From NCBI GenBank assembly GCA_030426125.1, contig JAUHZB010000001.1, forward strand, positions 26,462-90,461: 64,000 nucleotides of DNA, written 5' to 3'. A program made the position numbers and the translations under genes. Positions 57,755 through 64,000 of the stretch are shown in pieces. The notes beneath the pieces were generated by a model, which saw nothing but the letters and a program-made list of their open reading frames with translations, made no database searches and was not told where the DNA came from. Every line of letters begins with the position of its first letter. Position 1 is the stretch's first letter. The stretch comes from a bacterium. GTDB lineage: Bacteria > Patescibacteriota > Saccharimonadia > Saccharimonadales > AWTP1-31.

Positions 57755-60736
57755 GTGAGTACAGACCTAAAAGACAAGCCTTCCGGCATATACGATGACG
57801 AACAAAATAGCCACATAGATCGCATCCGTGATCTAGAAGCTCAAGAGGCAGCTGAAGCTCAAGAAGGCACCCATCAAACCAACGAAGATGGAAGCCCGCT
57901 AAGCGGATCCGCGATTAAAGCTAGTGAGTCAAAAAAACCAGCTTCCGGCAAAGATACTACAGATAAATCCTCAACTCCAAAATCCGGGGGATTATACAAC
58001 CCGGATGGAGACAAAAGCACTTCTAGATTCGGAAAACTAAAGTCCAAGTTGGGCAATATTGAAAACAAACGAAGAAAACTACTAGTTGTTGGTGGTAGTA
58101 TTGGTGGAGTCACCGCATTTATGCTAATACTGATATTACTAGCATCATTGAAGCTACCTCACTTCGGCCAAGTTTTAACAGCCACTGGCTACGCCAGATT
58201 AAATGGAATCATGCGTGAGCGAATGGCCCAAAACCTATTCGATAACGCTGCCACTACCGGTGATGGCCAGATATCTCTGCGTGCTAGAACGATGCGCGAA
58301 AGAATAACCGGCCAAAATTTAAACAAACAGATAACTAAACTAGGTCAGGAAAATAGGCTTATATTTGAATTGGACGGAGAAAATGTAACCGGCATCAAGC
58401 TTCCACAAGAAGGTAAAACCATATCTCTTGATACAGTTTCACAGGAACTATTCGATAAAGATTATTCGGAGATAAAAAGAATCCGAGGAGTTAGAGAGCG
58501 TATGACAGTTCGAGCAGAATACGTTAAGCAAGTAAAAGCTGGTGTGAGCGAAGGACTAGCGACTGAAACCCGGGCAGTGAGAGGAAGAGCTACCGCAACT
58601 GCTCTAAAAAACAGCGGATTTAAATATAATCGCTGGGCCAACAAAGCAAGGGAGTATTTAGGTAAAACACCGAAAGAAGCAGCTATAAAAAATACCGTTG
58701 AGACCATTGAACAGGTTGGAGGTGATAAGTTTGTTGAAACGGGAATAAAACAATATGACGATTTATCCGAAGAGCTCAAAAAAAATGGCAGTCGAATCGA
58801 GAAGTTTATGGAAAAAAACGGTGGGGTATTCGATAAAGAAGCCTATGTAAAGCAAGTGAGCACTGACTTCACCACTGGTCAAAAAATTACGGAAGCAGCC
58901 AATAAAGTGGGTGTTGGCCTGATGATAGGAACACTAGCTTGTATGGCTAACCAAGCATTTTCTAATGTAGATGAAATAGCCGAAAATAACGAACTGGCGG
59001 CCTCAAGAGCTGCTGCCGCATTACCAGCGGCTCAAGATCAGCAAATACGCGGTGAGGCTAACGATGAGGCGATTGGCGCAGAAGCAAACACCCTAACAGG
59101 TGCTGAAAATTCACAGTACTACCAATACGCAACCGGGCAAGAAATTACCGCAGAAGAGGTTGAGGTACCCAATACTAAACCAAAATACGGTAATATGGCA
59201 GATATTATCTCTCTTGCTACCAGTCCAACAACTTTTATACCTGGAGGCTTTGCCATACCAGAGCCAGCTAAAGACGCCATTAACAATGGTTTTTGTTCTG
59301 CCCTACTAGACCCCAAGGGTGCTGTCGTTGCTGCAGCTGCCGAAATAGTAGTAACTGCAGCTGCCTCGGTATTTACCGGAGGTGGTGCAGCTGTTGCCAG
59401 GGAAACCGGTGGTAGAGGCGCACTACTAGTAATATCTAGAGAGTTAGCTAGCGCAACACTAGCGACCGGAAGAGGTGTTGTTAGTAAGAAAAGCGCCGCA
59501 ACACTCCTAGGCTTTGCCGCCTTCCAGCAGGGACTAGAAATGGTCACCAGGCAGTTAGCTGGAGTTGAATTCATGGGGGGTGAAACCGGTCCACAAAAAT
59601 TCGAGATAGCAGCAGTTGGTAATAATGTACTACAATCAAAGAGAATGCGTGGGATAGGTGGTGCTCCACTAACCAATGAAGAGGCTAAGCAAGTAGACCA
59701 ACCACTCATAAAACAAAAAACTGCTGAATACCAAAACCAGAATGTTTTTGCTAGATATCTATCAATTGAAAATCCATATTCATTAATTGGAAAACTAAGC
59801 GCTATTGTACCTGGGGATATTGTTAGCCTAAAACAATCTAGCTTAACTATGGTTAATAGCTTCGCTTCAGTATTTAATATAAAAAATATACTTAATCCTG
59901 TAATGTCAATTGCGGGCCTAAACACCAAAGCTCAGGCAGTGGATAACTACAACCCGTATTATGACGTCACTCAATGGGGCTTCTCGCCATCCGAACTAAA
60001 GAAAATGCGCGAAGACCCCACCTACAACTACTACACCAATCTTGATTACATTAGCGAAGAAACTATAGCCGAATACGACGAAAAATATGGTGATTGCTTT
60101 GACACATCTAAGACCAATTATGAAGTCGAGAAAATGTCAAAATGCAGCAAAGATGAGCTAAGGGGAAACGATCAAATCTTCCGCTATAGGTTAACTTTAT
60201 TAGATGAAGAAACCGTATCGATGCTAGAACAAAAACCAGAAGATATAGGAAAAGACCCTGTAGATGATGGTGGTCAAAACATTAACTCAACTGGAAAAAT
60301 TGCGCCAAGTGGTGGAAGTGGATCTGTAGGTATTGAACAAACCTCACCAATCCCCGGAACCAACAAACGCATCCACACAGACGTTCTTCCTCAATTCCTA
60401 GACATGATTGATGCTGCCCGAGCAGATGGCATAGACCTAATGCCTATTAGTTCAGCTTGGAGAGATCCACAGAAACAAATAGAACTAAGGAAGAGTAACT
60501 GCCCAGATTGGCGTAATTCACCATCCGGGGATTGCAATCCACCAACAGCCAGACCCGGAACCTCAAAACATGAAAGTGGTAGGGCGGTAGATTTTAGCAA
60601 TATGTGCTTCTCTAGAAACGGATCAAGCTCATGTAAGGGAAATCCTAGGTGGGAATGGCTCAAAGCAAACGCCGCAACCTACGGATTCTACCCGTTAAAA
60701 AGTGAGGCCTGGCACTGGTCAACCACAGGTACCTAA
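57755..60736 (+). CDS. Large membrane-anchored T4SS protein with C-terminal M15B (VanY-like) D,D-carboxypeptidase domain
   Basis: TM near residue 110; C-terminal SAWRDPQKQ, ARPGTSKHESGRAVDF, WLKANAATYGF, EAWHWS. Confidence 0.85.
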   Translation: MSTDLKDKPSGIYDDEQNSHIDRIRDLEAQEAAEAQEGTHQTNEDGSPLSGSAIKASESKKPASGKDTTDKSSTPKSGGLYNPDGDKSTSRFGKLKSKLGNIENKRRKLLVVGGSIGGVTAFMLILILLASLKLPHFGQVLTATGYARLNGIMRERMAQNLFDNAATTGDGQISLRARTMRERITGQNLNKQITKLGQENRLIFELDGENVTGIKLPQEGKTISLDTVSQELFDKDYSEIKRIRGVRERMTVRAEYVKQVKAGVSEGLATETRAVRGRATATALKNSGFKYNRWANKAREYLGKTPKEAAIKNTVETIEQVGGDKFVETGIKQYDDLSEELKKNGSRIEKFMEKNGGVFDKEAYVKQVSTDFTTGQKITEAANKVGVGLMIGTLACMANQAFSNVDEIAENNELAASRAAAALPAAQDQQIRGEANDEAIGAEANTLTGAENSQYYQYATGQEITAEEVEVPNTKPKYGNMADIISLATSPTTFIPGGFAIPEPAKDAINNGFCSALLDPKGAVVAAAAEIVVTAAASVFTGGGAAVARETGGRGALLVISRELASATLATGRGVVSKKSAATLLGFAAFQQGLEMVTRQLAGVEFMGGETGPQKFEIAAVGNNVLQSKRMRGIGGAPLTNEEAKQVDQPLIKQKTAEYQNQNVFARYLSIENPYSLIGKLSAIVPGDIVSLKQSSLTMVNSFASVFNIKNILNPVMSIAGLNTKAQAVDNYNPYYDVTQWGFSPSELKKMREDPTYNYYTNLDYISEETIAEYDEKYGDCFDTSKTNYEVEKMSKCSKDELRGNDQIFRYRLTLLDEETVSMLEQKPEDIGKDPVDDGGQNINSTGKIAPSGGSGSVGIEQTSPIPGTNKRIHTDVLPQFLDMIDAARADGIDLMPISSAWRDPQKQIELRKSNCPDWRNSPSGDCNPPTARPGTSKHESGRAVDFSNMCFSRNGSSSCKGNPRWEWLKANAATYGFYPLKSEAWHWSTTGT

Positions 60737-60739
60737 ACT

Positions 60740-62566
60740 ATGAAAAATATTCCGCTACTTAAACCATTATTAAACTACACACTAGGATTTCTAATAATTC
60801 TAATTCTAGTATTTATTAATGTAGCTAACGCCTACGCAGTAAGCGTGGAAGAAATATTTACGCCATATTATAATCCAAACTTAAATAACTGCCAGCCCAC
60901 TAGTACTGGATTCACTAAAGTGCCTGACGGTGGAAAACTTTACGTGCTAGGTGATTCAATCACGGTTGGAATCGAAGACACCCTCAGGAATAAACTGCAA
61001 GAAAAAGACATAACCCCCTACATAAATGCATCTGTATCTAGGTCATGGAACGGAGCTGGAAATAGCGTTGTATCAACTCAAGGAACACCACTTCCCGGCA
61101 AAGACGCCATTAAAGAAGATGAAGCAAAGCAGGCTGGAGTTGTGTCGGGGGCTAGCGGTATAGTTATCGCCCTTGGCACTAACGGTGGCGCCTCCAGCAA
61201 CCCAATAGAAAGCGCTATTGATGAAATTAGAAGAATAAACTCCAGCGCTCCTATATGGTGGGTAAATACCGTTGGATCTTCAGCTTGGCCAAACAATATC
61301 AGTAACCTCGGATCATTCAATGAACAGCTAGTCGATCTATCCGCTACAAAAAACTTTCAAATTATTAATTGGTTTTCCGCGGTCAATCCAACCGGAGACC
61401 CCACAACAACCCCCACCAACGACCCAACACGCCTGCTAAGTGACGGCATCCATCCTAACGCTGCTGGTATTCAGAAGCTATCTACTAAAATTGTTACAGA
61501 TATTAGTGGTGGCGACTCCAGTGGCTCAACCACCGCTAGTGAAACCGGGGTTGCATGTTGCTCTGGGGCAGGAACTACAGTAGCCGGGAACAACAACGAA
61601 GAAAAAGTATGGAATTATCTTGTTGGTAACCTACAGCTTAGCGCTATTCAAGCTGCTGGAATTATGGGTAATATTCAACAGGAATCGGGATTCAGCACCA
61701 CAATAGTTAACAAAAGCAGTGGTGCTTATGGACTAATTCAGTGGCTTGGCGGTAGAAAAACCGCCCTGCAAAATTTTGCCAGGGGGCAGGGAAAGGATAT
61801 GGGTGACATATCGGTACAATTAGAATTCATGAAACAAGAGCTGGAATCTGACTACTATAGACGTCGAGTATTCGACCCAATAAAAGCCTCGCAGTCCCTA
61901 GAGGAAAGCACTAGAATATGGCTGGAAAAATTCGAAATTCCTTGTACACCAGGGTCGGCTGCTTGCGCGGAGGAAATGAATGTACGTTTACCGTTCGCTC
62001 AAAACTGGCTAACTAGGTTTGGTTCAAACACTGCCACCGCAGTAGGCAACTCACCCTCATCAACTTGCGCATCGCAAGAAGGTGGCACAGGGGTTAGCGC
62101 CGATGGTTTCGTCTTCCCGCTCAGGACTAATCAGCAAACTATTAAATCTAAGGGTTGGTGCTTCGAAAGTCAATCTAACTGCCACCATGACTACAACGCA
62201 GCAGATATTTTTGCCCCAACCGGAACCGAGGTTATTGCAGCTAGAGGTGGGCAAGTTATCCTTGTTAAATCAGGCCCAACTCGAATAGCTATCAAGGCGG
62301 ATGATGGCAATATATACTACTACACACATATGGGCGCTGGTACCGCAGTCGTCAGTAAAGGACAAACCGTTGCAGCGGGTGCTACCCTCGGTAGGGTAGG
62401 CACAAAAGCCGATGCCGCCGGAACACCCGAACACCTACATATTGATATATTGCCAGGTGATAGATATGACAATAGGCCAGGATGTGCTGGATCAGCTTGC
62501 AGTAGTTTACCCTTCATTAATATCCAACCACCACTCACCGAAGCATTTAAGAATCTACCGGAGTAA
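60740..62566 (+). CDS. Secreted tri-domain cell-wall hydrolase: SGNH esterase + phage-tail-type lysozyme + M23 peptidase
   Basis: SGNH: LGDSIT, LGTN, DGIHP. Lysozyme: AAGIMGNIQQES, GAYGLIQW. M23: HHDYNAADIF, YTHM, HLHI. Confidence 0.88.
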   Translation: MKNIPLLKPLLNYTLGFLIILILVFINVANAYAVSVEEIFTPYYNPNLNNCQPTSTGFTKVPDGGKLYVLGDSITVGIEDTLRNKLQEKDITPYINASVSRSWNGAGNSVVSTQGTPLPGKDAIKEDEAKQAGVVSGASGIVIALGTNGGASSNPIESAIDEIRRINSSAPIWWVNTVGSSAWPNNISNLGSFNEQLVDLSATKNFQIINWFSAVNPTGDPTTTPTNDPTRLLSDGIHPNAAGIQKLSTKIVTDISGGDSSGSTTASETGVACCSGAGTTVAGNNNEEKVWNYLVGNLQLSAIQAAGIMGNIQQESGFSTTIVNKSSGAYGLIQWLGGRKTALQNFARGQGKDMGDISVQLEFMKQELESDYYRRRVFDPIKASQSLEESTRIWLEKFEIPCTPGSAACAEEMNVRLPFAQNWLTRFGSNTATAVGNSPSSTCASQEGGTGVSADGFVFPLRTNQQTIKSKGWCFESQSNCHHDYNAADIFAPTGTEVIAARGGQVILVKSGPTRIAIKADDGNIYYYTHMGAGTAVVSKGQTVAAGATLGRVGTKADAAGTPEHLHIDILPGDRYDNRPGCAGSACSSLPFINIQPPLTEAFKNLPE

Positions 62567-62577
62567 AGGAGGAGTTT

Positions 62578-64000
62578 ATGCAGCCACAGCAACCACAATA
62601 CAGAGTCACCAGGAAACAGGTAATCTTCGGTGCGCTACTACTAATTGTGACACTTATTGCCTGGATGATATCTAGATATTCTTACATTGAAGTTAAAGTC
62701 CCAAGTGACAATAAATCATCAGAAATAACCTATCGAATATCGAAAAACGGGGAGATAGTCGACACTACATCCAATACAAGCAACTCCTACAAAAAACTAG
62801 TTACAAAAGGTGATTATGAGGTTGTTGTTGAGTCAAATAATCAGACTAGTATCAACTTAGCAACTACGACCGGCTTCTTGCAGACTACTGAGGTTACAGC
62901 CAATTTACAACCCAAAAAACGCATTGAATTTGTAGGCGACGAGCCAAGACCCTGCATGTATCTTACTAAGGTTGGGTTATTGTCTTATGGTTGTGGAGAT
63001 CAAGTTGTTGACGCCTATTACCACACTCCAGCCACAACAAATCTTCCTACCTATACCAGGCAACTGGAAAGCATCTATGACGGAAGGATTGAAGGCTCAT
63101 TTGGGCTAGAAGGTAAAGACTACATTGCGATTCAAGGTCCTTCATTAGCAGACGGAAACGAACAACCACCACAAGCTGCCTATCAACTATCTGGGTCGCT
63201 TGAGACCGGGAAAGCGCTTCCCTTAAAAGGATTGAAAGAAGACACGTCATATAACATCACTAACTACAAGACAGGTCTTTTGGCTGTGAGCGACAACGTA
63301 AGTGAGGCGCTGTATCTACCAAACCTTGAAGCTACAGCTGAACCCATAGATATAAGCGACCCCAACACCACAAGAGATAGCTTCCCTTACGACATAGCTG
63401 TTAATGACAATACAATAATAGTCGGTTTTGTCCATGATGATAGTCGTAATATTACCTACGAAGACTCAGAAGAAACCCCAAAACTAGATAGCAGCATCGT
63501 AGTAATATCCAATGACCAGAAACGAACCTTCAATTTCGACAAATTGTATGACGAAATAAAGATATGTGGACCAAATACTATCTGCTTACTAGCAGATCAA
63601 AGAATCCACATTTACGATATCTCAGAAGAAAAACCCAAACTAAAAGGGGTTATTGGCCAGGTGGATGAATTCGATACCCATAATTCAACTATTACAGCCA
63701 ATCGTGTAAGTGATGTTATTAGCTTCAATACTGAAACTATGAGCGGCCACCAAGACTACTCTTATGGTGCGCTTCAGCCCTGTGGCCTAGGTGGTATAAA
63801 CGACGATGGTAATTATTACTTACTATGCGTGACCAACCGTCGAGGTGAACAGTCAGCCATAAAGGTAACCAGCGGAATAATAAACCCGATAGATGGCTAT
63901 GTAGACAAAATTCTAGAAATCCCCGAAGTGGAAAAAGTTTCCGCATTCGGTAATATAATCTATATATCGCCAAATCTTGGAGAATATAAATACAACCCTA
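62578..64000 (+). CDS. Membrane-anchored hypothetical protein (runs off window end)
   Basis: AGGAGG SD at 62567, ATG 62578: MQPQQPQYRVTRKQVIFGALLLIVTLIAWMISRYSYIEVKV..., followed by beta-rich sequence. Absent from the ORF track, consistent with no stop inside the window. Confidence 0.75.
   Translation, partial: MQPQQPQYRVTRKQVIFGALLLIVTLIAWMISRYSYIEVKVPSDNKSSEITYRISKNGEIVDTTSNTSNSYKKLVTKGDYEVVVESNNQTSINLATTTGFLQTTEVTANLQPKKRIEFVGDEPRPCMYLTKVGLLSYGCGDQVVDAYYHTPATTNLPTYTRQLESIYDGRIEGSFGLEGKDYIAIQGPSLADGNEQPPQAAYQLSGSLETGKALPLKGLKEDTSYNITNYKTGLLAVSDNVSEALYLPNLEATAEPIDISDPNTTRDSFPYDIAVNDNTIIVGFVHDDSRNITYEDSEETPKLDSSIVVISNDQKRTFNFDKLYDEIKICGPNTICLLADQRIHIYDISEEKPKLKGVIGQVDEFDTHNSTITANRVSDVISFNTETMSGHQDYSYGALQPCGLGGINDDGNYYLLCVTNRRGEQSAIKVTSGIINPIDGYVDKILEIPEVEKVSAFGNIIYISPNLGEYKYNP

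Noticed and set aside
59119-59928. 269-aa minus-strand ORF and the many other 60-145 aa antisense ORFs in the track
   Set aside because: They lie antisense to or inside well-supported genes, have no recognisable motifs and show composition typical of reverse-frame shadows.
60740-62566. Prophage, suggested by the phage-tail lysozyme domain
   Set aside because: No capsid, terminase, tail or integrase genes; the domain is in a signal-peptide-bearing protein within the T4SS operon.

Overview
The window looks like chromosomal DNA from a Patescibacteria/CPR bacterium, most likely Saccharibacteria. This is inferred from the gene content and the pilin-array/T4SS layout, not from a marker gene. Housekeeping genes are dnaG (5' end), orn, msrB, mscL, argS, pgi/pmi, groEL/groES (tandem CIRCE), murE, tsaD, valS, folA, a Y-family polymerase, two Ham1 paralogs, comF, hsp20 and four tRNAs (Ser-CGA, Arg-GCG, Ser-GCT, Ser-TGA). 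They are interspersed with acidic orphan genes and secreted or cell-wall proteins. The last ~17 kb is a monoderm-type T4SS locus: six tandem VirB2-like pilins divergent from VirB6-, PrgI- and VirB4-like genes and two multidomain peptidoglycan hydrolases. The main observations are: (1) a solitary, divergent Dop/PafA-family gene with no pup, ARC or proteasome gene in the window, a candidate effector against an actinobacterial host's pupylation system; (2) an unannotated leader-peptide/antiterminator/terminator attenuator upstream of an amino-acid racemase; (3) a CarS + CDP-alcohol phosphotransferase + PHP lipid head-group operon; (4) pervasive leaderless promoters; (5) LADTG sortase-type sorting signals; (6) two candidate structured RNAs. 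All family assignments come from reading motifs by eye; no searches were run.
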